The position numbers and the translations under genes are program-made. From an uncultured Isosphaeraceae bacterium (GTDB lineage: Bacteria > Planctomycetota > Phycisphaerae > Phycisphaerales > SM1A02), in assembly GCA_964546085.1 (NCBI GenBank), contig CAZJIB010000011.1, positions 2,313-66,312 of the forward strand: a stretch of DNA of 64,000 nucleotides. The letters run 5' to 3'. The notes under the pieces are model-generated. The model was not told the origin of the DNA, did no database searches, and saw nothing but the letters and a program-made list of their open reading frames with translations. This document shows positions 18,618 through 26,693 of the stretch, one piece after another (positions within the stretch are counted from its first letter, which is position 1; each line of letters starts with the position of its first letter).

Positions 18618-19262
18618 TTATACGCCCGTCCAGTTTCCTATCACAACGAGGACGTCGCCGACATCAACACCACCCCGTCCGTCAACTGATGCGCAACAAC
18701 ATCCTCCACAGGCGGTGCAATGAGGTCAAGCGTCCCCTCAAAGGGAGGATCCTGCAGCGTCGCAGTGGTGTAGAACTGCAAGGCAGACACGTCGGCCACC
18801 GTGACGCCCAGGTCGCCAAGGTGCAGGTCGACATCCCTGCTCTGTGTCGAGCGGTTCATGGCAAGCCAGTGGATCGCGCCATTGCTCTCTCGCAGCAACG
18901 CATCGGCAACCGCTGGCGCGGTCGACAATCCCCAGCCCTCTCCGTCAGGCCGTTCGATGGGCGCTGTGATCTCCCCAACTGACGGGTCATCCCGCACACT
19001 CGTTCCAAGTACCTGCGGTGATGCGGCTATGACGCCGTACACCTTCGCAACCAGATCACCATGGGGCGTGCGATCAAACCCGCCGCCCTTCTCCGGATTG
19101 AGCATTGGAATGAGTCCATGGTGATTGGCCAGCGTGACACACTCGTACCGAAGCATCTCGATGAGCATGGCGCCCGCCTGCATCGGATACCAAATTTGGC
19201 GCCATGCTGCCCTGTCCGGCCGGGGTCCCTGCAAGCACGAGTGTGAGGGTCATGAGGATCAT
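18618..19262 (-). pseudogene. Frameshifted secreted protein with a dockerin-like tail (pseudogene or assembly indels)
   Basis: The signal-peptide-like MILMTLTLVLAGTPAGQG is in the frame of ORF 19074..19262. The 197-codon body is in the frame of ORF 18641..19234. A near-perfect dockerin half-module, CTACGGCCCASVDGRGGVDVGDVLVVIGNWTGV*, returns to the first frame and ends at 18618. Confidence 0.45.
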
Positions 19263-19418
19263 GCCACTCGCACAATAGCCGATCGCCGCGTTGGGCCAAG
19301 GCGGTCATGCAGTGTGTGCATCCGCGCCGCCGCCATGACCCGATCAGGCGGGACTGGTGCCCGTGGAATCTGGTATTGGCCCTTGTCAATGGGGTGGGAC
19401 AATCCGAAAGGTACTTCC

Positions 19419-20435
19419 ATGAACACTGCAACACGACATCTCGCAATCGCATCCATCGCAACCGCTCTCTTGGCACTTCCCGCCGCCGGCGATCTCGGGG
19501 TTGCCGAGGGATTCACAATCTTCGTGACGGACAATCACCAGGCCAACAATACGGACTGCACCGGTCGGGTCGCGGTAGGTGGGCCGGCGACCTACAACAA
19601 CATGGGAATCGGGTCAGGGCTTTCTAATTCAAATGGAGCCCGTGATGATCTCATCGTTGGTGGAACATTGCAGTGGAACAACGGCCAGAACTTCAATGGA
19701 AACACGCAATGCGCCGGTTCGGTGAACATGAATGGGGTCGGGACACCCAACGGCGAGGTCAGTGGTGTCGTTGTCATCGACTTCGAGTCGGCAGATCAGG
19801 AACTGAGATCGCTTTCGAATGCGCTTGCAGATGCCTCGCCAAATGGCAATGTCAGCAATCAGAACGGTATTCTCCAGATGACGGGAAACGATCCCGACCT
19901 GAACATCTTCAAGGTGCGGCGATCCCAACTGCATCCGCTTTGGGGGATGACCATATCGGTACCAGAGGGTTCGTCGGTGCTGGTGAACGTACGTGGCCAG
20001 TCAATGCAACTGAACAACTTTCAACCCACGCTGCAAGGTTGCACACCCGACAAGGTGCTCTTTAATATGTCCAAATGCAATTCGCTCCAGATGAACTCCA
20101 TCGGCTGGAAGGGGACGGTGCTGGCGCCGAAGGCAAATATCCAATTCAACAATGGGCAGATCGACGGTTCGCTGATTGCCTCCACGGTGCAAGGCAATGG
20201 CGAATCGCACCACATGCCGTTTACGGGTGACTTACCCGGTGGTGGCGATGGCGGCGGCGGTGGCAACGGTGGTGGTGGCGGCGGGGGCGGTGGTGGCAAT
20301 GGAGGTGGAAATGGTGGGGGCGGCTGCGGTGGCGGCAATGGAGGTGGAAATGGAGGTGGAAATGGTGGGGGCGGCTGCGGTGGCGGGGATGACGACGACG
20401 AGATCGAAATCAACGTCGACTCCATCTACGACTGA
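19419..20435 (+). CDS. Choice-of-anchor-A family secreted protein with a Gly/Asn/Cys low-complexity tail
   Basis: Signal peptide MNTATRHLAIASIATALLALPAAG. Family-like stretches are GVAEGFTIFV, TGRVAVGG, GTVLAPKANIQFNNGQIDGSLIA. The tail is GGGDGGGGGNGGGGGGGGGGNGGGNGGGGCGGGNGGGNGGGNGGGGCGGGDDDDEIEINVDSIYD. I place the start at the internal ATG 19419. Confidence 0.7.
   Translation: MNTATRHLAIASIATALLALPAAGDLGVAEGFTIFVTDNHQANNTDCTGRVAVGGPATYNNMGIGSGLSNSNGARDDLIVGGTLQWNNGQNFNGNTQCAGSVNMNGVGTPNGEVSGVVVIDFESADQELRSLSNALADASPNGNVSNQNGILQMTGNDPDLNIFKVRRSQLHPLWGMTISVPEGSSVLVNVRGQSMQLNNFQPTLQGCTPDKVLFNMSKCNSLQMNSIGWKGTVLAPKANIQFNNGQIDGSLIASTVQGNGESHHMPFTGDLPGGGDGGGGGNGGGGGGGGGGNGGGNGGGGCGGGNGGGNGGGNGGGGCGGGDDDDEIEINVDSIYD
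20239..20389 (+). repeat. GGN-codon tandem repeat inside the choice-of-anchor-A gene
   Basis: The 12-mer GGAGGTGGAAAT occurs at 20301, 20340 and 20352. The block GGCAATGGAGGTGGAAATGGTGGGGGCGGCTGCGGTGGCGG (20295-20335) recurs at 20334-20386 with one extra 12-mer. Confidence 0.85.
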
Positions 20436-20747
20436 CCGCCACGGGGTCACACCTTGAGTGCCCCCTGGTTTGCAGAAATTGGCAAATTGACCGCCGCGAG
20501 GTTGTATTTCTTCGTCAGAATGGGCATAAGGATGACTCAGCCTGCGTTGCAGCGGGACGGAGACAATGACCATGCATTCAAGACTCGCACTAGCCGGAAT
20601 CGCGATCAGCATCACCTGCGTTGGAGCTACAGCAAGTTCATCCTGCACGGCGCCGCCAACAGCGAGGAAGATGCCGCCACGCTTCGCACGGAGAACCTCC
20701 GGCTCATTCGTGCACGCCAGCGGCCCGACCGAGGAGTATGATGCAGC

Positions 20748-21764
20748 ATGCGTTGTCTGCTGGCCATCGCGATGCTGCTGATGGGATCGCCGCCCGTGCC
20801 TCAATCCCCTCCGAGTTATTCCAAGAGCGGACATGACATCACACCGCTCTCCAAAGCGGAGGTTGCGGCCCTTGCGTCCAAATTGAGCGAGGTGGCATTC
20901 CTCATCACCCAACGAGCCGGGACAGAGCAACCCTTCTGCGGTACGCTTCTGGACAACAAGAAGGACGGGTTCTACGCGTGTGTGGTGTGCGGATTGCCGC
21001 TCTTCTCCAGTAAGCACAAGTTCACCTCGGGTACCGGCTGGCCGAGTTTCTACACGCCATACGATCCGTCGCATGTATCCACGAAAGAGGACCAGAGCGG
21101 CGGACGAACTCGCACCGAAATCCTCTGTTCCCGCTGCAGTGCCCACCTCGGCCATGTGTTTCCCGATGGTCCACAGCCCACCGGCGACCGGCACTGCCTG
21201 AACTCCGCCGCCCTGTGCTTCATTGAGAAAGGCGCCGACATTCCTGAGGCCTCCAAACCGGTCGAATCCGAAACCGCTTACTTTGCTGGCGGATGTTTCT
21301 GGGGCGTGGAGCACTGGTTTCAGAAGGGCCCGGGTGTGATTGACGCCCAGAGCGGATACATGCAGGGTCATGTCGAAGATCCGACCTACAAGGATGTGTG
21401 CAGCGGGCGAAGCGGACACGCCGAGACGGTCAAGGTCACCTTTGATCCAACGGTGGTTTCCTATGGCGAACTGTTGGAAGCGTTCTTCCGAATGCACGAT
21501 CCGACACAAGTCGATCGGCAGGGCCCGGACACCGGCACGCAGTACCGCTCGGGAGTCTGGTGTTCAGATGAAACGCAGTTGCGGGACGCACGCGACTTTG
21601 TTGCGAAACTCGGAAAGTCATCGCAGCATGAGCGGCCCATAGCCACGCAGGTCGAGGAAGCCGGCGAGTTCTTTCCCGCCGAGAAAGAACATCAGGATTT
21701 CATCGCCAACACCGGTCGCGCGTGTCATGTTGTGAATCCCTGGGCGGAAGCGATGAAGCCATAA
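20748..21764 (+). CDS. msrBA: Exported bifunctional methionine sulfoxide reductase, MsrB domain followed by MsrA domain
   Basis: Signal peptide MRCLLAIAMLLMG. MsrB features are Zn CxxC pairs (CVVCGLP, CSRCSAHLGHVF) and RHCLNS. The MsrA feature is FAGGCFWGVE. Confidence 0.85.
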   Translation: MRCLLAIAMLLMGSPPVPQSPPSYSKSGHDITPLSKAEVAALASKLSEVAFLITQRAGTEQPFCGTLLDNKKDGFYACVVCGLPLFSSKHKFTSGTGWPSFYTPYDPSHVSTKEDQSGGRTRTEILCSRCSAHLGHVFPDGPQPTGDRHCLNSAALCFIEKGADIPEASKPVESETAYFAGGCFWGVEHWFQKGPGVIDAQSGYMQGHVEDPTYKDVCSGRSGHAETVKVTFDPTVVSYGELLEAFFRMHDPTQVDRQGPDTGTQYRSGVWCSDETQLRDARDFVAKLGKSSQHERPIATQVEEAGEFFPAEKEHQDFIANTGRACHVVNPWAEAMKP

Positions 21765-21765
21765 C

Positions 21766-22224
21766 TTACTCTTCCTCTTCGTCCGTGGAGCGGCGAAGCA
21801 GCACCAGCACCGCCACGGCAAGCGCGGTTGCAATTGCCGCGATCAGGAACTGCCCCAGCCCACTAGCAACACCGACAGCAGCAGTAACCCAGATGCCCGA
21901 AGCGGTGGTCATGCCCTGTACGCGACCGCGGCCCTGAATGATCGCACCGGCACCAAGGAAACCGATGCCGCCAACGATGCCCGCGATCACGCGGCTGGTG
22001 TCCAGGCGGACAGCCGCCTCAATGCCTGCTTCTGCTTCGGCAGTAGCGAGTTGCAGCATGGCCTCGATACCGACCACGGTAAAGGTCGCAGAGCCGAGGG
22101 CAACCAGCGACATGGTCCTCAGCCCGGCCGGTTTGCCGTGCTTACGGCGGTCGTAGCCGATCAGACCGCCCAGAATCAGGGCTACGATGAGGCGAAGTGC
22201 GATATCCGTCGTTGAAAGTGCCAT
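21766..22224 (-). CDS. MgtC/SapB family membrane protein
   Basis: Motifs LRLIVALILGGLIGYDRR, GLRTMSLVALGS and GFLGAGAII. I take the start at the internal ATG 22224 (MALSTTDIALR). Confidence 0.75.
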   Translation of the reverse strand: MALSTTDIALRLIVALILGGLIGYDRRKHGKPAGLRTMSLVALGSATFTVVGIEAMLQLATAEAEAGIEAAVRLDTSRVIAGIVGGIGFLGAGAIIQGRGRVQGMTTASGIWVTAAVGVASGLGQFLIAAIATALAVAVLVLLRRSTDEEEE

Positions 22225-22421
22225 GCGTGCGTCTTGACCAGATGCCAGATTACCCAGATTTCCGTCGCCACACCGGCGATCCGTGGACGGCGTGCACCCT
22301 AGCAGGGTTGTGATCTGGTTAATGGGCATTTCTTTCCAAAAAACAAGGGCGTTCTCACTTGACGGTAGGTCATTGAGGCTCGACACTCAATGTGTCGGGA
22401 TGCGTGGAAGTCATCCCGGGA

Positions 22422-22445
22422 GAAGAAGAAGAAGAAGAAGAAGAA
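22422..22445 (+). repeat. (GAA)8 trinucleotide microsatellite in the 5' leader of the PEP-CTERM gene
   Basis: Eight perfect GAA units run directly into GAGGAGAGGA, the likely SD, and then the ATG at 22461. Confidence 0.9.
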
Positions 22446-22460
22446 GAGGAGAGGATCGAG

Positions 22461-23174
22461 ATGAAAACCAACATGGCCCTGACAGCGGTCCTACTCGGCG
22501 GCCTGACCGCCGGAGCAGGTGCTGACATCATTGCGTACCAGAGTTTCGAGTTCGATGGACTCGGCGGCAAGTACTACGACACCGGTGATGCGGAAGTAGA
22601 CCATCAATTGTTCAACAACGCAGGCGAAGCTTGGGTGGAGTACAACGGCGACGACGGCAGCATGGCCTTCAGCGCCTGGTACTGGAATACCCGCAATGGA
22701 AGCGGCCTTGTTGACGGCGATTACGTCGGCGTCACAGATTACACAGGCGGGGGCGTGGGCGCCTACACCGATGGTACGCAGGGCTATCAGCTCAGCGACA
22801 CCGACGGCATGATGACCATTGATTTCGGCTCTGTCGACTTTGGCGGCGCATCCGATGTGATGATGTCCGTCGATATCTTCATCTCATCCACCGGCTGGGA
22901 AGATGATGACTCGTTCTTCATCATGACCTCCGGCGGTGCCTTTGACACGGCTGGCACGGACATTGATGACTCCGGCCTTGAGGGTGTCTGGACCACAATC
23001 GAATTCGATCTCTCCGGTCTTGATGGCAGTTCCCTTACCATCGGCCTCGATTCCAACTCTGGATCTGAAGCCGTTTACATTGACAACATCATCTTCAGCT
23101 CGGGCGGGATTCCCGCCCCCGCCGCATTGGCCCTCCTCGGCCTCGCTGGCCTGGCACCACGACGACGCCGCTGA
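22461..23174 (+). CDS. Secreted acidic protein with a PEP-CTERM-like sorting tail
   Basis: Signal peptide MKTNMALTAVLLGGLTAGAGA. The C-terminus [23 protein letters not shown] has a P-x-P motif, a hydrophobic helix and an Arg cluster. Confidence 0.7.
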   Translation: MKTNMALTAVLLGGLTAGAGADIIAYQSFEFDGLGGKYYDTGDAEVDHQLFNNAGEAWVEYNGDDGSMAFSAWYWNTRNGSGLVDGDYVGVTDYTGGGVGAYTDGTQGYQLSDTDGMMTIDFGSVDFGGASDVMMSVDIFISSTGWEDDDSFFIMTSGGAFDTAGTDIDDSGLEGVWTTIEFDLSGLDGSSLTIGLDSNSGSEAVYIDNIIFSSGGIPAPAALALLGLAGLAPRRRR

Positions 23175-23205
23175 GGCGATACGACTTTCCATCCACTCCC
23201 AAAGG

Positions 23206-23235
23206 AACGCCCCGGCCTAAGGCCGGGGCGTTTTT
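23206..23235 (+). terminator. Rho-independent terminator
   Basis: 12-bp stem AACGCCCCGGCC (23206-23217) pairs with GGCCGGGGCGTT (23221-23232). The loop is TAA and a TTTTT tract follows. Confidence 0.75.
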
Positions 23236-23354
23236 CCTGCAGGACTTGACCTCCGTGGTAGGATGCATTCGGCTGCGAAGGGGCTTTCGGTCGATGAAGA
23301 CCGGGAGCCATTCAAGGAAGAAAGGCGATCTAAGGAAGGATCCTCGTCGCAGGC

Positions 23355-24713
23355 ATGGACGCATTTCGAATCCACGGTGGACGACGATTGACGGGGCGGG
23401 TGACCGTTGATGGTTCGAAGAACTCTGCGCTCCCGCTCATGTCCGCCGCGATTCTTGCGGATGGACCGGTGGAACTGCAAGGCGTCCCCGATCTCTCCGA
23501 TATTGGCAACATGGCTGGGCTACTGGGTGAACTCGGATGCACTGTCGAGGCCGGTGATCGATCACTGACGATCCGCGCCGATCATGGTGGACCATCGCAC
23601 GCCCGGTACGACATCGTGCGAACAATGCGAGCCAGTGTGTGTGTACTTGGTCCGCTGCTCGCTCGCCGCGGCAAGGCGAGGATTTCGATGCCCGGCGGGT
23701 GCGCATTTGGTGACAGACCGATTGACCTTCACCTTCGAGGTCTGGAAGCGCTCGGCGCGCAGATTCACCTGGAGAGCGGCGACATCATTGCGGAGGCCGA
23801 AAGGCTGCGCGGTGCGACGATCTTTCTTGGTGGTCCCTTTGGATCAACGGTGCTTGGAACCGCGAATGTCATGAGTGCTGCTGCGCTCGCAGAAGGCCGC
23901 ACCATCATCGAGTCAGCGGCATGTGAACCGGAAGTGGCCGATCTCGCTGCACTGCTCAACGCAATGGGCGCGAGGATTTCCGGAGCGGGCACACCGCGCA
24001 TCACCATTGACGGCGTCACGGGCCTGAGCGGCGCAACACACGAAGTCATGCCTGACCGGATCGTTGCCGGCACTTGGGCGCTTGCCGCCGCCATTACAAA
24101 TGGCGAGGTCATCATTGACAGGTTCCCACTCGACCATCTACTCGCGGTGATCGACATTCTCGACAAGGTCGGCATCCACGTCGTGCAATTGGACAGCGAC
24201 GAAGATCCCCGTGCCTGCAGCGTTCGCGTCACCAGCGATCGGCACTTGGAGCCGATCATCTTTACGACTCAGCCTTTCCCGGGCTTTCCGACCGACCTGC
24301 AAGCCCAGTTGATGGCTCTCTTGTGCCTGGCCCGCGGAAACAGCATCGTGACGGAGAAGATTTACCCGGAGCGGTTCATGCATGTACCAGAACTCGCCCG
24401 CATGGGCGCGAAACTTGTGCGGCAGGGCGCGACCGTCGCCGTGCAGGGCGTCGAGCGGCTTGTTGGTGCGCCGGTCATGGCCAGCGACCTCCGGGCTTCG
24501 GCGAGTTTGGTTCTGGCTGGACTTGCTGCGGAGGGCGAAACGACTGTCAGTCGCGTATACCACCTCGACCGCGGTTACGGCGCGATGGAGGACACGCTCA
24601 ACAAACTTGGCGCGTCCATTGAGAGAATCAGCGGCGATGCGGAGGACACGCCTCTCATTCACACCCGCGCGGCCTCAACACCGTCGCTGAAATTCGTACA
24701 GGGCAACGGCTGA
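23355..24713 (+). CDS. murA: UDP-N-acetylglucosamine 1-carboxyvinyltransferase
   Basis: N-terminus FRIHGGRRLTGRVTVDGSKNSALPLM and active-site Cys loop MPGGCAFGDRPIDLHL. A ~30-aa non-conserved tail overlaps the 3' end of the convergent trmH-like gene. Confidence 0.9.
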   Translation: MDAFRIHGGRRLTGRVTVDGSKNSALPLMSAAILADGPVELQGVPDLSDIGNMAGLLGELGCTVEAGDRSLTIRADHGGPSHARYDIVRTMRASVCVLGPLLARRGKARISMPGGCAFGDRPIDLHLRGLEALGAQIHLESGDIIAEAERLRGATIFLGGPFGSTVLGTANVMSAAALAEGRTIIESAACEPEVADLAALLNAMGARISGAGTPRITIDGVTGLSGATHEVMPDRIVAGTWALAAAITNGEVIIDRFPLDHLLAVIDILDKVGIHVVQLDSDEDPRACSVRVTSDRHLEPIIFTTQPFPGFPTDLQAQLMALLCLARGNSIVTEKIYPERFMHVPELARMGAKLVRQGATVAVQGVERLVGAPVMASDLRASASLVLAGLAAEGETTVSRVYHLDRGYGAMEDTLNKLGASIERISGDAEDTPLIHTRAASTPSLKFVQGNG

Positions 24714-25496
24714 CGCCACCGCCACATTGATCGACGGAACATTCCCCGACATCGGGATCTCGGCGATGGCATCGCATCGTTGCAGCGTCGTAGCCGACAG
24801 ACCGGTCTCTTCGGCACCAACAGCGATTGCCATCCTCGGTGCGTGCGGGACATCCCGCATCGAGCATCCCCCCTGTCCACTCTCGCAGCCGATGATCGTC
24901 AGGCCCAGTTCCGTTCGCAGGCGGTCGATGGCGATTCCCCAGTCCTCCGCAACCGCCCACCGCATTGAGAGTACTTGCCCGACGGATACGCGAATCGCTT
25001 TTCTGTACAGCGGGTCGCAGCATGTTCCGTCCAAGACGACGCCGTCGACACCAAACGCCGCAGCGTTCCGGAAGATGGCGCCCATGTTGTCAACATTGGT
25101 GATGCCCTCGGCGAGCAACAGCGTCACCTGTCCTTGATCTTGAAGTTTCTCAATCAACTTGTCCAGCGAGAGGTCACCCCGCGAAGGGCGATGAACGGCG
25201 GCCAGCGCGCCGCGGTGCACGCGAAAGCCGACGATTCGTGTCATGAGTGGGAGATCGGCCACATACACCGGCGCGTCCACCGAACTGTCGGCAAGCACGC
25301 CGGCGAGTCGTTCGTACTTTCGTGGGCTCACGAAGACAGAGTGCAAGGGCCACTGCGTTCGCAGCAACCTCCGTAATACGACTTCGGATTCCGCAAGAAA
25401 CAGGTGCTGCCTCCCTCGCAGGTCCGCATCGCGAACATTTCGATACACGTCGATTCGTGGGTCGTCAAATGTCGAGACCGGGATCGGCAAGGACAC
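24675..25496 (-). CDS. TrmH/SpoU-family RNA 2'-O-methyltransferase
   Basis: Motifs AEGITNVDNMGAIFRNAAAFG, IAVGAEETGLS and IPMSGNVPSINVAVASAVALYE. I take the GTG at 25496, 4 nt after the upstream TAA. The ORF-track start at 25700 would overlap mlaD by 200 nt. Confidence 0.7.
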   Translation of the reverse strand: MSLPIPVSTFDDPRIDVYRNVRDADLRGRQHLFLAESEVVLRRLLRTQWPLHSVFVSPRKYERLAGVLADSSVDAPVYVADLPLMTRIVGFRVHRGALAAVHRPSRGDLSLDKLIEKLQDQGQVTLLLAEGITNVDNMGAIFRNAAAFGVDGVVLDGTCCDPLYRKAIRVSVGQVLSMRWAVAEDWGIAIDRLRTELGLTIIGCESGQGGCSMRDVPHAPRMAIAVGAEETGLSATTLQRCDAIAEIPMSGNVPSINVAVASAVALYEFQRRC

Positions 25497-25500
25497 CGGC

Positions 25501-26685
25501 TTACTCCGTGCGGAGGCGCTTGGGAAAGTTCTTCTCGATCCGCTCCATGATGACAGTTCGGGCCGCAGCGAAGTCAGACTCGCTCTCCGCCAACTGTTTC
25601 GCAAGCAACTGGAGTTGGGCGTCGTCTCCTGCTGCATCCTGCATGGCGGCTGCTGTGGATCGCAGATCAGTGAGCGCGTAGAGGAGCCGCCACGATGCAT
25701 CGTTCAACTGTTCGTAGGCGATCTCGCGATCGGTCGGCCGATACACCAGACGCCACGGGCTGGTAGCGATGTCGTCGATCGCAGCCTTTGCGCGGGACGA
25801 CATCTGTTCGGCGTTTTCGAGCATGCCGGAAACATGGTCTGCCCACTGCGGAGACCGCTTTCGCATGGCCCGAGTCGTAACCAGGAATCCCTCAATGGAT
25901 TCCTCCACTTTGGGCAGCACATCCACATGGAGATCCACGAGAAGTTCCTGCGCCTTGGCAAGCGTTGCATCCAGACGGGCGGGAAGTTTCGCGCCATCGG
26001 CCAACAGTGTTGTCACCGCATCTGACCATGTCGGCCAGGACACGTTTGCGGACGATGCGATTGCGCCGAACGACTCCAATCCCTTCCTCGCCGCCGTCAC
26101 TGCTGCGGTGAGTTCGCCGGCCTCCTGATCGCCAAGGAGTACTCGCAGCCCACCCCCGTCACTGGCAAGCGAAGCGCTGACTTTCCGCAACGCGTTAAGC
26201 GTCTGTTGAATGTCCAACTCGGACTCCGAACCGAGGATCTGCGTCAGCATGGTCGCAGTAGATCCTGTCAACACCGTGTCACTTGTTGCGACGGTGCCGC
26301 TGCCAACATTGGAGATTTCGAGCCACGAGGCATTCCCCAGCATGCCTGATTGAACCTGAATGGACGCGTCGTCGTGTAGCGTGATGGATGAGTCGATCTT
26401 GAACGACACGGTTATTTGGCGGGCCACACCGTCGTCGCCGATCTTGGGCTGCACTGTTCTTACCTTGCCAATTTTCACGCCACCGAGGCGAACAGCCGAT
26501 CCGCCTGCCAGCGCGCCGACGCCCTGCTGTACGGTGAAGGTCGCCTGATAGTCGCTGTTGGACTGAAACAGGCTGGCCTTTGCGTTGGCGAGCACGAGAA
26601 TGACCGTGATCAGCAGGATCAGTGTCAGCGAGACGAATACGCCTGCGCGGAGGTTGTTGCTTCGCATGTCCCGTTGCTCAGACAT
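25501..26685 (-). CDS. MCE/MlaD-family protein: one TM, one MCE domain and a long helical C-terminal extension
   Basis: The N-terminal TM LRAGVFVSLTLILLITVILVL is followed by the MCE-domain pattern ATFTVQQGVGALAGGSAVRLGGVKIGKVRTV. Confidence 0.8.
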   Translation of the reverse strand: MSEQRDMRSNNLRAGVFVSLTLILLITVILVLANAKASLFQSNSDYQATFTVQQGVGALAGGSAVRLGGVKIGKVRTVQPKIGDDGVARQITVSFKIDSSITLHDDASIQVQSGMLGNASWLEISNVGSGTVATSDTVLTGSTATMLTQILGSESELDIQQTLNALRKVSASLASDGGGLRVLLGDQEAGELTAAVTAARKGLESFGAIASSANVSWPTWSDAVTTLLADGAKLPARLDATLAKAQELLVDLHVDVLPKVEESIEGFLVTTRAMRKRSPQWADHVSGMLENAEQMSSRAKAAIDDIATSPWRLVYRPTDREIAYEQLNDASWRLLYALTDLRSTAAAMQDAAGDDAQLQLLAKQLAESESDFAAARTVIMERIEKNFPKRLRTE

Positions 26686-26693
26686 TCACGTGC

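Noticed and set aside
19027-19476. 149-aa minus-strand ORF spanning the 18641..19234 / 19419 intergenic region.
   Set aside because: It lies in the third frame relative to the signal-peptide and body frames of the frameshifted gene. It runs through the divergent promoter region and into the start of the choice-of-anchor-A gene. The sequence is Arg/Cys-rich with no motifs.
20239-20389. Tandem repeats considered as a CRISPR-like array, as was the 12-nt array at 29566..29625.
   Set aside because: The units are 12 nt with no unique spacers. The first array is in frame inside a coding sequence (GGN codons), and the second spans only 60 nt. No cas genes are present.
20566-20781. 71-aa ORF MTMHSRLALAGIAISITCVGATASSSC... 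with a signal-peptide/lipobox-like start and a Cys-rich end, upstream of and overlapping msrBA.
   Set aside because: By my count GC3 is only ~63%. The second half is Arg/Pro-rich and overlaps the msrBA start by 34 nt. No SD or family resemblance is visible. It could be a real small protein, but I cannot support that from sequence alone.
22392-22460. N-terminal extension MSGCVEVIPGEEEEEEEEEERIE from a GTG start, placing a poly-Glu run before the PEP-CTERM protein.
   Set aside because: A canonical signal peptide begins exactly at the ATG at 22461, with GAGGAGAGGA just upstream. An acidic 23-aa extension would block export. The E-run is better explained as the (GAA)8 leader repeat.
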